From positions 32,001-96,000 of the IMG/VR virus record IMGVR_UViG_3300015608_002119: DNA of 64,000 bases. One strand, written 5' to 3'. This DNA comes from a virus. Taxonomy: Duplodnaviria > Caudoviricetes. The notes below the pieces were generated by a model that was not told the DNA's origin, made no database searches, and saw only the letters and a list, made by a program, of their open reading frames with translations. The position numbers and the translations under genes are program-made. Position 1 is the stretch's first letter; every line of letters begins with the position of its first letter. Below, piece by piece: positions 1-10,100 of the stretch.

Positions 1-311
1 GGCGCGAAGAGGAGGCAATTCAGCGTGACATGGAAGCGCGCAAGAAGTCTGGTTTCTTGGCGGAAACGGCCGTTACGACAAAACTGGTCAATTCCATCAT
101 CTCGGTTGACGGCAGAACGGAGAAGGGCTACATCACCCAGTTCTGTCAGTTGATGCCAGCGGCAGACTCGCTGCTTCTTCGAAAGACGATTGACAATTCA
201 GAGCCGGGTGTTCGCCTTGTGACAAACTTCGCGTGTAACTCATGTGAGCATGAGGAGGTGATGCCGATACAGCTCGGCGTCGAGTTTCTTTGGCCTAACC
301 TCGGCCGATAG
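1..311 (+). CDS. T4 gp26-like baseplate hub/tail assembly chaperone (5'-truncated by window edge)
   Basis: Frame open from window start. C-terminal CxxC (CNSC) followed by '...LGVEFLWP', typical of gp26-like proteins. Lies upstream of the tape measure gene. Confidence 0.75.
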   Translation, partial: REEEAIQRDMEARKKSGFLAETAVTTKLVNSIISVDGRTEKGYITQFCQLMPAADSLLLRKTIDNSEPGVRLVTNFACNSCEHEEVMPIQLGVEFLWPNLGR

Positions 312-564
312 AGAGAAGGTATTACTTGAGCCATTCTTCCTGCTTGGATACTATTTCGGCATGGACTGGCAGACATTCTACAGTTTCCCTTTGTCATACC
401 GCCGCTGGCTGTTGAAGAGAGTGGAGACCGAGATTGAGAAGGCTTCTGGCTCCAACAACATCCAGACAAAAGGCGCTCATCACAACACACCAGAAGCCAG
501 GTCGCTGACCGGTAAGTTCAGAAAAGTCGGCGCAAACGTCGGTGCACACCAGCGGTTTACCTGA
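286..564 (+). CDS. gp51-like tail/baseplate assembly segment, probably expressed as a +1 frameshift extension of the upstream gene (track start 361)
   Basis: Frame is open upstream of ATG361 and reads FFGLTSADREKVLLEPFFLLGYYFGMDWQTFYSFPLSYRRWLLKR, overlapping the upstream ORF at TTTCTTTGG. Confidence 0.6.
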   Translation, partial: FFGLTSADREKVLLEPFFLLGYYFGMDWQTFYSFPLSYRRWLLKRVETEIEKASGSNNIQTKGAHHNTPEARSLTGKFRKVGANVGAHQRFT

Positions 565-614
565 CAATTGCCTTGTGACCACCAACCATAACACACAGAG
601 AGAAGCAATCATCG

Positions 615-932
615 ATGAGCTACGGCAGATATACGATTGGCATACCAGGAGTTGGTGAGTTGTTTGAGTTTGATGCGGCGCGTTCGCGACAGCTTGCACC
701 ATATCTCTCGTTGGTGTTGAGCCGCCCTCTTGTCACAAATCCGTTGTCAAACCCGCTGATGCAAGCCGTCAAAGGTGCTAGGTTTGCAGTGGTCGTTGTC
801 AGACGCTATGACACGGGTGGCTCGCTACTAAGATCTGTCGAGTATTCAGATGCCATCATTCAGAACGTGATCGATGGACCCGATTTGATTGTTGAATTTC
901 GCTACGTCTCAGCGAAAGAGGTCGGAACATGA
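615..932 (+). CDS. hypothetical protein
   Basis: 105-aa ORF with A/C-rich leader and ATGA overlap with thymidine kinase. Confidence 0.6.
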   Translation: MSYGRYTIGIPGVGELFEFDAARSRQLAPYLSLVLSRPLVTNPLSNPLMQAVKGARFAVVVVRRYDTGGSLLRSVEYSDAIIQNVIDGPDLIVEFRYVSAKEVGT

Positions 933-1561
933 CGAGCGATGCAGCATCGTTCTTACCGGTGGACATGCGTAACACGGGCAAGTTGACCGTGTATTGCGGG
1001 CCGATGTTCGCTGGCAAGAGCAGCTCCTTGATTGCGGAGCTGGAACTTGCTTGTGAAGATGGCAAACGAGTCCTGGTCATAAAACCCAAGATTGACAACC
1101 GCTACAGCAACGATGACATTATCTCACATGACGGAGTATCACTCAAAGATGTTACCGGGCATGATGTGTTGGTGCTCGACGTCGATGCGTGTGTTAAACT
1201 TGAAGACCTTGAGGATGTCGACCTACTTCTGATTGAAGAAGCACACTTCTTCACCACCTTGCATGAACAGATCAAAGCCTATATGCTCATGGGTGTTGAT
1301 ATAGTGGCTGTGGGCCTTGACATGGACAGCGACGGCGAGCCGTTCGGCATCATGCCGCATCTATTGAGTATGGCAAACAACATATACAAACTCACTGGCT
1401 TGTGTGCTGTGTGCCAGCAAGAAGCCACCATGACGTTCCGTAAGCTGGTTGCTAGATCAATGAGTCAGGTGTTGGTTGGCGGATCCGAAACTTACGAGCC
1501 GCGATGTTTTGCGCACTGGGTTCTTGGCAACGAGGAAAAGCATCACTGGTACAACGCCTAG
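929..1561 (+). CDS. tdk: thymidine kinase (TK1 type)
   Basis: GPMFAGKS Walker A, KPKIDNRY, IEEAHFF Walker B variant, VGLDMD..GEPF, zinc ligands CAVC ... YEPRC..H. Confidence 0.95.
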   Translation: MTSDAASFLPVDMRNTGKLTVYCGPMFAGKSSSLIAELELACEDGKRVLVIKPKIDNRYSNDDIISHDGVSLKDVTGHDVLVLDVDACVKLEDLEDVDLLLIEEAHFFTTLHEQIKAYMLMGVDIVAVGLDMDSDGEPFGIMPHLLSMANNIYKLTGLCAVCQQEATMTFRKLVARSMSQVLVGGSETYEPRCFAHWVLGNEEKHHWYNA

Positions 1562-1569
1562 GCGTTGGG

Positions 1570-1944
1570 TCACTCGTCTTGTGCTGACGCCTTGTTGTTG
1601 GCGCCCTTCTTCCCACCAGACTTAGTCCCACCACCAGCGGCAACGCCAATCAAGCTATCCACCTTTGTCTCGATCGCGTCCAGCTTAGCGACACTCGCTG
1701 CCGCCGTGCCAGAAGCCAATGCCGCATCAGCGGCCCTTAGTTTCTCATCGGCCGAACGGAGGCGCCGGTCTGCCTCTTTAAGCTCGTCGATGACATCTTC
1801 CAACTTGCTGATTTTTGTGCTCATCGCCGCAATGCTTTTCAAGATGTCAACGCCGTTTATTGTTACCGATGGCATTTGCACTTCCAGTGCATCCTGGCCG
1901 TTTGACTCCGCGACAACACCGCTTCTGTTGATTACGACTTTCAT
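1570..1944 (-). CDS. hypothetical coiled-coil protein
   Basis: 124-aa ORF with heptad-rich middle and GGGAG Shine-Dalgarno-like sequence upstream on the minus strand. Confidence 0.7.
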   Translation of the reverse strand: MKVVINRSGVVAESNGQDALEVQMPSVTINGVDILKSIAAMSTKISKLEDVIDELKEADRRLRSADEKLRAADAALASGTAAASVAKLDAIETKVDSLIGVAAGGGTKSGGKKGANNKASAQDE

Positions 1945-1997
1945 GTGTTATATCTCCCTATCTTTCGTAGTGTTGATGATTGGTTGGTACACAGCTT

Positions 1998-2174
1998 TCA
2001 GTAGCCAAGTTGTCTTTCAAGTTCTGTCACACGAGTTTGAAGTGCGGCGATCAAAGCTGCTAGCCGTTCAAACTCTGTCTTGACGTTGACGGACTGAATA
2101 ACGACCGGCACTTCGTAAGTAACATCCCTTACTCGCTCAGCAGTAACAACAACGCTCTGTGGACTGTAGCTCAT
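1998..2174 (-). CDS. small coiled-coil protein, 58 aa (below ORF-track cutoff)
   Basis: Manual translation MSYSPQSVVVTAERVRDVTYEVPVVIQSVNVKTEFERLAALIAALQTRVTELERQLGY*. Fills the gap between two minus-strand genes. Confidence 0.65.
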   Translation of the reverse strand: MSYSPQSVVVTAERVRDVTYEVPVVIQSVNVKTEFERLAALIAALQTRVTELERQLGY

Positions 2175-2184
2175 AATATCTTCA

Positions 2185-2559
2185 TCAGAGTGGCCATTTT
2201 ACACCAAACCTAGCGTAAAAGTTACTGGCGTCAACGTTTTTAAGATCCATGGCGCGTATAACTGAGTCCACGGTGGCACCTGGGCGTCGAATCTCGTCCT
2301 GAAATCTCTTCGATGACTGCACAGCTCTGCTTAGCAACTCGATGTCGTGCGGGCTTCCTGACACCTTGAACGGCGACCGTTTGCCGGTCATCATATTAGC
2401 GATCAGGCTTGCGAAGAACAGCTTGCCGATCGTTGTTAGCTTATAGTTCCCGCCAGCAAGCGCCAGTGGACTCGGCGCTCTTGGAATTTGCAAGAACTCA
2501 TTGAGGAGTTTATCAGCCATGGCGTCAATGTCGTCATCGCTGTTGCGGTCTGAAGCCAT
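2185..2559 (-). CDS. hypothetical protein, probably late/virion-associated
   Basis: 124-aa ORF preceded on the minus strand by TACTTA, the putative late promoter. Confidence 0.7.
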   Translation of the reverse strand: MASDRNSDDDIDAMADKLLNEFLQIPRAPSPLALAGGNYKLTTIGKLFFASLIANMMTGKRSPFKVSGSPHDIELLSRAVQSSKRFQDEIRRPGATVDSVIRAMDLKNVDASNFYARFGVKWPL

Positions 2560-2586
2560 GGTTTTTACGACCTTTGCCAGTTTTGA

Positions 2587-2601
2587 TACTTACGGTAAGT
2601 A
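2587..2601. promoter_or_regulatory. palindromic pair of putative late promoters (TACTTAC-G-GTAAGTA)
   Basis: Perfect 7-bp inverted repeat between divergent genes 2559(-) and 2626(+). Each half matches the TAnTTA motif seen before other structural genes. Confidence 0.55.
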
Positions 2602-2625
2602 GGAGCGGCCTAAGCACAGCACGTC

Positions 2626-5600
2626 ATGGCAACAAACACAACGCCCACCGTTGACAACCTGAAGATTGCTCAAGGGTTGGTCCAGGCCATGTCGCAAATG
2701 GCCGACATTCTGGACAAACAGACCGAGTCGCTCAAGACGCAGCTCCAACTGAGCGAAGCCATTAAAAAGGTCCAAGAGCTTACGACGGACGACATCAGAA
2801 ACCGGTCGTTTAACGGCGAAGCACTCAACGAGGCATTGGAAAAGTCGCTCTCCGAATCAGAGTCACTGGCCGAGTCAATGACCAACGTCGGCAAGACCGT
2901 TGAAAAGTCGACTGGACTTGTCAATACGTTCGGTAAGGTCGCCTCAGGCGTGTTTGGTACTGTGGTTGTTACGCTTAGTGAGATGACCAATGGCTTTCGG
3001 GCCGGTTTCAACATATCGAAGAACTTCTTCGGGAACATATGGAGGATGGGGCGCACAGCGGTAGGTGTGCTGGTCGATATTGCCAAGGTCGTCGCTGGCA
3101 TGCCTGGGGCTTTCTTGGAGTTTATGCAGGGCGCTGCTACCGGTGGCGTTGACGCTTATAGAGTCGCCCTGGAGGAGCTAAGAGAGGAGTTCGGTAACCT
3201 AGCCACTGGCACGAGCTTGTCTGTTCGCTCAATGAACGAGTCCATGCGCAACTTCTCTGCCACTGGACTGTCATTTGGTCGCGTGTTCGGCTATGGTCGT
3301 GAAGGTTTGGCCGCGGCGCTCAAGGAGTTCCAGAAGATAGCTACCGAGATGGGACCGATTTTCAATCGGTTCGCGGCAGACTCACGTGGAATGTCACGTG
3401 AAATTGTAGTGCTTGCGAAGGGCGCCAACATAACCGGTGAAGGGTTCCGTGCCATGCAGCTTGCCGCGGATAACGGCGGTGAGAGCATCAGAGTGGCCAT
3501 GAACGGGATGATTCGTGGTTTGGCCATGGCCGAAAGGGAGTTTGGCATCGCTTCCAAGGAGATAGGCAAGGACGTTAACGCCATGCTTAAAGACCTTGGC
3601 TCGTTCGGTGTCATGTCTCGTGACACGATGATCAAAACCAGCGTCTACGCAAGACGTTTGGGCTTATCAATCGAAGCTCTCAAGAAGGTGATGGACAAGT
3701 ACCTCAACTTTGAAGATGCAGCACAGTCCGCTGCTGGTATGGCCGAGGCGTTCAACATGAACATCGACGCCATGAGAATGATGAGGGAGCAAGATCCGAC
3801 GAGACGACTTGACATGCTTCGTCAGGCGTTCTTCCGCACTGGTCGCAACATTGACCAGATGTCCATTGCAGAGCGTCGACACCTTGCAAACCTAAGCGGC
3901 ATGTCCGAAGAGGAAACGAGGATTGCGTTTGCTCAACGCAACAGGGCCTTGTCTGGTGCGCAACTAGACGCTCAGATGCGTCGATCGCAGCGCCAGCAAA
4001 TGACTCAGGTGCAAGCGTTGCAACAGGTAGCAAAATCTATCAAGTTGCTGGTGATGTCTGGCAGCCCGCTGCAAGGCAGCTTCTTCGACATATTCATTCG
4101 TGGTTTCAAACAGGGCATCATGTGGTCGCGTGAGTTCCGCGGAGCAGTCCGCGCCATTCAACAGTCCATGAGGGTGATCTTTATGTCTGGCCGGGAAGTT
4201 GGCCGGATGTTTGCGCACCTGTTCCCTGGATTTAAGGAGTTCTTCGGTGGTGTACGAGACCTGTTCAATCCACGACGGTATCGTGCGCTGATGACGCAGG
4301 TAAAAGCACAGTTCCGGGAGTTCTTCACGTCCTTGTCCGACCCGAACAGACGCGACAGTGCCCTTGGAACTTTCATGCGAAACATGAGAACCAACTTCCT
4401 CAACTACTTCACTCAAGGCTCCCCAGCGGCCAGAAGGACAGCGGAAGGGTTCAAGACGTTCTTCAAGACGATTGGGATCCTTGCAATTCAAGGGGCAAGG
4501 TACTTGCTTGTGCAGCTTAGGGACGGAACAAAGAAGGCCCTTGATGCTGTGAGGGCCGTTCTTCTAAATCCACGTGGGATTAGACAAGGCTTGCGTGAGC
4601 TGTTTGCACCAGGAACAAACGTCGCTGGTACCATGGGCAGCCAGCTCACATCGACGTTCCAGGAAGTGTTCCAATATGCCGCGTCACAACTGGGGCCGGT
4701 TCTAGGGCAGCTGTGGGATACCGTTGTTGGGTTTATATCCGACAGGAGAGTACAGCAAGCACTGGAAGACAAGCTGGGGCCACCTCTCAGAAAGGCCGGT
4801 CAGTTTGTCGGCAAGTATTTCATCGCGGCGATGTTCGGCCCTGCTGTAATCATGGCCGCCGTACGCGGAGCTGGTGCCATGATTGCGACTGCGCTCGGGA
4901 AGGCGCTGTTCCCTGTGGCAAAGAGCACCTTTGCTAGCTTCTCTCTAACATCTACGGCGGTTGCCGCAGTGTTGGCTTCGGTCGTAGCTTTGACGGTTGG
5001 GTTTGACCAGTTCCCAGATAAGACAGCCAAGGCAATGAAGCGAGTCGACGAGGTTGTCGCTAGACTGTCAAACAACATCGGCCTGTACATGGGCAAGGCG
5101 TACAAGGCGATCGTTGATGGTGCAACTGCCGTCGGGTTCTTGGTAGCAGGCTACTTGTTTGATCCGGCCCGCTGGCTGGCTGCGGTCGGTAGGCTTACCG
5201 CTGCCGTTGTCCCGGCCTTGATGTCTATAGGAAGCACTGTTATCACTGGAATTGGCAACCTTGTTGCTGGGTTCTTGGAAGGTGCCGGAATGCAAGAGGC
5301 GGCCAATGACCTACGCGCATCGATCAGGTGGGTGTCTGATGGCGTGCACGAGTTTGTGGGCGACCTTCGTGGCAGCATAACGACAATTCGTACGTCGTGG
5401 GATATTGTACGCGCCGACTTGCTTCGACTTGGTGGATGGTTGAACGATCACAACCCGTTCATGTCCCTCATAAACTCCATGAGGGACGTATGGAACACGG
5501 CCCAGAGGATCTTTGGTCACTCAGTCAACACTGTCGTCGCAGCAGACCTCGCAAAGATTGAACGTCCTGCCCAAAGAGCTCAAGAGACAATTTCGAACGC

Positions 5601-6831
5601 GTTGCAAACCGGGTTCAACAACGCCTCCCAGGCATCTCGAACCGGAACAGACCGGATTGTACGTAACGTCAATGCCGCAACCCAAGCAACCCAGACTCTG
5701 GCCGCGGCGGGACAACAGATGAGAGATGTCCAGGCTGGGAACATCAACAACTCTGGGGCATTGGTTGAGATGTTTGGCCAGATGCGAGAGGTTGTTGCAG
5801 GGCTGGTCACATTCGCAACGGACACGTTCCGCAACATGACACCAAGCCAAGCCGGGGTTGTGCGAACCGGCGTTGAGACAGTGGCGGCGATGCTGAATGC
5901 TGTGAAGACAGTACCGGAGATAGTGGCAGCCGTTGGCAGCGGCCCAAACGTCAATCCGGCCGAGATGGTGAACAGACTTGTTGGTCCAAACGGCCTGCTC
6001 TCATATCTTTTTATCACACAGGGACCAAACGCGCACCAGGAAGCGCGTTGGTTGTTGGACATGTTCAAGGCCGACGGAGTAATAGACCGATTCGTTGCTC
6101 AATTGCCTACGCGGTTTGAGCGAACAATCAACAAAGTAAAGACCTTGTTCGAAACTGTCAAGTCCATGTCTGATGCGGCAACCAGTCTCAGCTCTGCCGC
6201 ACAAACAGGAGCTGGCGGCAATGTATACAACAACGTGATTAGTCCGCTGGTTGGATCTAGCGGCTTGTTGTCGTATCTCTTTGACGAAAGCAAGCATCGT
6301 GAGGCTTCAGACTTCAAGAGCATGTTCAAGTCGGGTGGGCTGATTCAGTCATTTGCCGACTCTATGCCGGACAGCTATAGGCGTGTTACTACGAAGCTGG
6401 CATCGATAGGTGCGATCGTGAGAAGTACCGTTGAGGCTTCCGGAGAGCTGTCGACTGGCAACACCAGGATCAGCTCCATGCTGACTGGTTTGAATCTACA
6501 GTCGGCCATGCAATCGTTCCGCACAAACTTCACAGAACAGATATCGGCGTTCGTTTCTGAGTATAACAGAATATCAATAGAACTTGCCAACCTGAACGTG
6601 CATGCAATCGATGCATCACTAGACCGTGTTGGCGAAGTGTTGGGTGCTGACCGGACCGTAAGGCTGGAGTCTGCTGCGGCTAACGTTACGGTGAACGTGA
6701 ACGTCAAACTTGCAGCGGCAGACATTGAGCAGGCCCTGTTTGAGTATTCCAACTCCCCTCGCGCACGCAACAGGCCCGGAACACTGAGACCAACGTCGTT
6801 CTACCCCAGGACTGAACCAGTAACGCAGTAA
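2626..6831 (+). CDS. tail tape measure protein
   Basis: 1401 aa, helical and Ala/Gly-rich, with hydrophobic segments in the middle. Lies between the tail chaperone and baseplate genes. Confidence 0.85.
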   Translation: MATNTTPTVDNLKIAQGLVQAMSQMADILDKQTESLKTQLQLSEAIKKVQELTTDDIRNRSFNGEALNEALEKSLSESESLAESMTNVGKTVEKSTGLVNTFGKVASGVFGTVVVTLSEMTNGFRAGFNISKNFFGNIWRMGRTAVGVLVDIAKVVAGMPGAFLEFMQGAATGGVDAYRVALEELREEFGNLATGTSLSVRSMNESMRNFSATGLSFGRVFGYGREGLAAALKEFQKIATEMGPIFNRFAADSRGMSREIVVLAKGANITGEGFRAMQLAADNGGESIRVAMNGMIRGLAMAEREFGIASKEIGKDVNAMLKDLGSFGVMSRDTMIKTSVYARRLGLSIEALKKVMDKYLNFEDAAQSAAGMAEAFNMNIDAMRMMREQDPTRRLDMLRQAFFRTGRNIDQMSIAERRHLANLSGMSEEETRIAFAQRNRALSGAQLDAQMRRSQRQQMTQVQALQQVAKSIKLLVMSGSPLQGSFFDIFIRGFKQGIMWSREFRGAVRAIQQSMRVIFMSGREVGRMFAHLFPGFKEFFGGVRDLFNPRRYRALMTQVKAQFREFFTSLSDPNRRDSALGTFMRNMRTNFLNYFTQGSPAARRTAEGFKTFFKTIGILAIQGARYLLVQLRDGTKKALDAVRAVLLNPRGIRQGLRELFAPGTNVAGTMGSQLTSTFQEVFQYAASQLGPVLGQLWDTVVGFISDRRVQQALEDKLGPPLRKAGQFVGKYFIAAMFGPAVIMAAVRGAGAMIATALGKALFPVAKSTFASFSLTSTAVAAVLASVVALTVGFDQFPDKTAKAMKRVDEVVARLSNNIGLYMGKAYKAIVDGATAVGFLVAGYLFDPARWLAAVGRLTAAVVPALMSIGSTVITGIGNLVAGFLEGAGMQEAANDLRASIRWVSDGVHEFVGDLRGSITTIRTSWDIVRADLLRLGGWLNDHNPFMSLINSMRDVWNTAQRIFGHSVNTVVAADLAKIERPAQRAQETISNALQTGFNNASQASRTGTDRIVRNVNAATQATQTLAAAGQQMRDVQAGNINNSGALVEMFGQMREVVAGLVTFATDTFRNMTPSQAGVVRTGVETVAAMLNAVKTVPEIVAAVGSGPNVNPAEMVNRLVGPNGLLSYLFITQGPNAHQEARWLLDMFKADGVIDRFVAQLPTRFERTINKVKTLFETVKSMSDAATSLSSAAQTGAGGNVYNNVISPLVGSSGLLSYLFDESKHREASDFKSMFKSGGLIQSFADSMPDSYRRVTTKLASIGAIVRSTVEASGELSTGNTRISSMLTGLNLQSAMQSFRTNFTEQISAFVSEYNRISIELANLNVHAIDASLDRVGEVLGADRTVRLESAAANVTVNVNVKLAAADIEQALFEYSNSPRARNRPGTLRPTSFYPRTEPVTQ

Positions 6832-6860
6832 ACTAGACCTGAAAGAGTAATAAATCAACA

Positions 6861-7094
6861 ATGACCGATTGCAACCACAGCACCACCAACGGTGATCAGA
6901 ATGAGACTGATAGCAACGCGACAATCTCAGTCAGCGAGGCCGTCCTGCGCTCGTCGGTCATGACCGACATCCTGAGCCATTTATCAGACGAGGATAAGAT
7001 CGCTGCCTCCATGTTTATTGAGAGGCTGCTCGGAGACTTTGACAGCATTCTCACTGCCTATAAGGCAGTCGACACGTCCAACGCCAAACGATAA
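6861..7094 (+). CDS. hypothetical protein
   Basis: 77-aa ORF with A-rich leader, in operon order. Confidence 0.55.
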   Translation: MTDCNHSTTNGDQNETDSNATISVSEAVLRSSVMTDILSHLSDEDKIAASMFIERLLGDFDSILTAYKAVDTSNAKR

Positions 7095-7114
7095 TCGGCT
7101 AGTTAGCTGGTACG

Positions 7115-10100
7115 ATGAGCAGGCCGTCACCAGTTGTTAACCCAGCGTTGCTGACCGACCCAGGTGATTCTAGCTCTGGGCGGCGCTTAACGATATACTT
7201 TCAGAAAGGGCCAGACGTTCCAGTAGCGCCGGAAGTAAATGCCGGAGTCGATGTTGCGGATGCTATCAAGGCTGCTTACGTTGATTATACGGCCACGCAA
7301 GCGGTCGCCGCCAACACAGCCATACCAATTGTTGCCGGTGACGACAGACAGCCCGTATATGTCAGTGCAGAGCCGGATCTGAACACGAGCGGACTAACGA
7401 GCGAGGCAGTAAACGCTGCGCTGGCTCCGGCCACCATGTTCAATCCAAGACGTTTTCAGCTCGTTGGGGTTGGATCTGGTGACAGGGTTAACTTCGGCTC
7501 TAGCAAGAACGAGCTTGGTGTAAACGACCCCGTTAAAAACCAAAAGCTACAAAACATTACGAATTATGTTCGTAATGTTGAGTTGCGGCAAGATAGCGCA
7601 CACTCCAAGATCGTCGACTCCGAAAAACTTGAATCTTCTGGGTATAACGACGCAAACAAGTACCTGCGCAGCTCGGACACAACTGGCCCGGCAGACCAAG
7701 TCGGCAGAACTCTAAGGCTTGGATCGGTTTTCTATAACAAGCTCGGAGCATACGTGTCATCGAGCTACACTGGGCAACCAATCCTAGATGGGTCCACGGT
7801 AAAGGCTGCCAACCTAACCGTAACCGACCTTGAGAACATCGCCATCAACATGATGTTCGATGCAGTTCAGGGTGATGCTGGTTTAGACTTCAAGTATACT
7901 GGCACTTCTTCTGATGACATCGAAGCCGAAGCTAGGATGGCCATACCATCGCCGCAGCGGCTAGGCAAGAAAGTGCCAATGGGCAGGTTCTCAGCGGCCA
8001 GGGAGATCAAGAAGCTATACGGAATTGAAAAACGCTCCGAGTCAAACATCATCGACAGTAGCGATTACCTGGAGTCACACGGTAGCTTCTACAACCAGTT
8101 CTCGCAGTTCGATTCGCTTATACCACTTGGTCAGATTGCCGTGTCCGTCGCGATGGTGCTTGGGTTTAACGCACTGCTTAGCTCCATTGGCGCAATAATT
8201 CGTGCGGCCAGCTCCAACAACCCGGAGGTCATCACATCATTTAACGAGCTGTCGGTGGATGAACGTAGGTCGTTGCTTGGTGTGGTGTCAGTATCAAAGG
8301 CGGCATTTCCCACATCGGAGGTTGGTGGCCTTGATATTCTTACGCAGACTCTAGGAATAACATCTCTGTTCTCGCCAACGCTACACGATTCAGACAGCTG
8401 CTTACTCGTAGGGATTGAGGAGTTCTTTGGCTTTAGTTTTGGCACTGGACTATCTGGTAGAGCTACGCCGCCGTCACAGCAAGCAGCCAGAGGAAGCCTT
8501 AAGGTGTTGACGGAGAGCGGGCGTCTGAACGTCATACTTCGCGAGATCCTTCGCAGTGGCATAAGCATTGTTGAGAGCGCTCAAGCGGACTTCACTGGCG
8601 GCGCGTCATTGGCTGGTATCAGCAACTTGGTTCGCAGAATAAAAAGCACCAAGATGCTTAAGTTCGTCGACCTGTTGATGCAGATTGGTGATCGCATCAA
8701 GATGGAAGACGACCTAAAGACAGATGCTAGTCTGAACGGCAACCCATCATTCAACGTGTCTGCCAGCTCTAATGTGTCATATGTTGATAGCCTACCGGAC
8801 CAGCGCGCATTCTACGCAGCCAAGTCACGGCTGAGTGATGGTAGAATGGCATGGGGAGCATCGACGGCCACGTCGATGCTGTTGCCGGTGGATTCTTTGT
8901 TGATGTCCGGACTAAGCGAGTCAATGGGAGGCGCCCGGATGGGTTACCCATTGCCATCGCGAGCGCAAGACCCAGGCTTTCTGACAAGCAACCAAAGGTC
9001 TGCTGCCATACGAAACGGTAGATTGGATGCTGAGTCCGTTGCAAAGTTTGAACGCGAGCTCGAACAAGACTATATGCCGTTTTACTTTCAGGACTTGCGC
9101 ACCAATGAGATGATTTCATTTCATGCGTTCTTGGAAGATGCCTCAGAAGACTTCAATGTCGATTACAACAGCACTGATGGATATGGGCGTATCGACAAGG
9201 TGCAAATCTATAAAGGCACTACAAGAACGGTAAACGTTTCGTTCAAGATGGTAGCTACAAACGAAGATGACATGGCGGCGATGTGGTATAAGCTGAACCG
9301 TCTGGCCATGTTGATCTATCCACAATGGACAGGTGGCCGTGAAGTCAACGTAGGGGACATCAAGTTCACCCAGCCGTACTCGCAGATTCCAGGTGCTACT
9401 CCAGTTGTCCGCATGCGCCTGGGTGACCTGTTTAAGTCGAACTATAGCAAAATGGCGGTTGCTAGGCTGTTTGGTATATCAACACGCCCAGACTACAACG
9501 TCACGTCCAGGCAGCCAAATCAGCCGCGCACCGCCGGAGCACAGACGGAGAACACCTCACAACCAGCATCACAAGGTAACTCTGGGCAGAACACACTGGC
9601 GTTTCGTGTTGCGGCGTTGCAAGACCCACAAGTGCAGTTCACGTCCAACCAGAGCAACAGTTCGGCCGAGCCAAGGACCATAAATCCAACCGACGTGTTC
9701 ACCGGCCCAGATCCACGTGTTTACTTGAACATTCGGCCGATTGCCAGCCAGCTGCGCAGGTTTAGAGCTGGACCATCGAGGCGACAGATCACTGCAAACA
9801 ACAGCTCTGCGCGTATCCTGGCGAGGTTCGTTGATGTCAGCGCGACATCGAACAAAGCAAACTTTCAATTAATAAGCCTTGTCACGCCTGGACCTAATGG
9901 TAACCAGCGCTCAGAAGTCATAACGGGGCCGTCCGGCGCCGAGCCCACGATCTCATTGTCGTTGAGTGCTGGGTTTCGCGGCATGATCGATGTATCAAAG
10001 ACTGTGAGCGAGATGCAAAGGTCAGATACGTCTGCACAGTCCGAAAGCCAGCGTACAAGCAACGACACGGCAGATGGTACCGTGGGCATCGGCGCCCTCA

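Noticed and set aside
1565-2083. 172-aa + strand ORF
   Set aside because: Shadow of two minus-strand genes that read as more plausible proteins.
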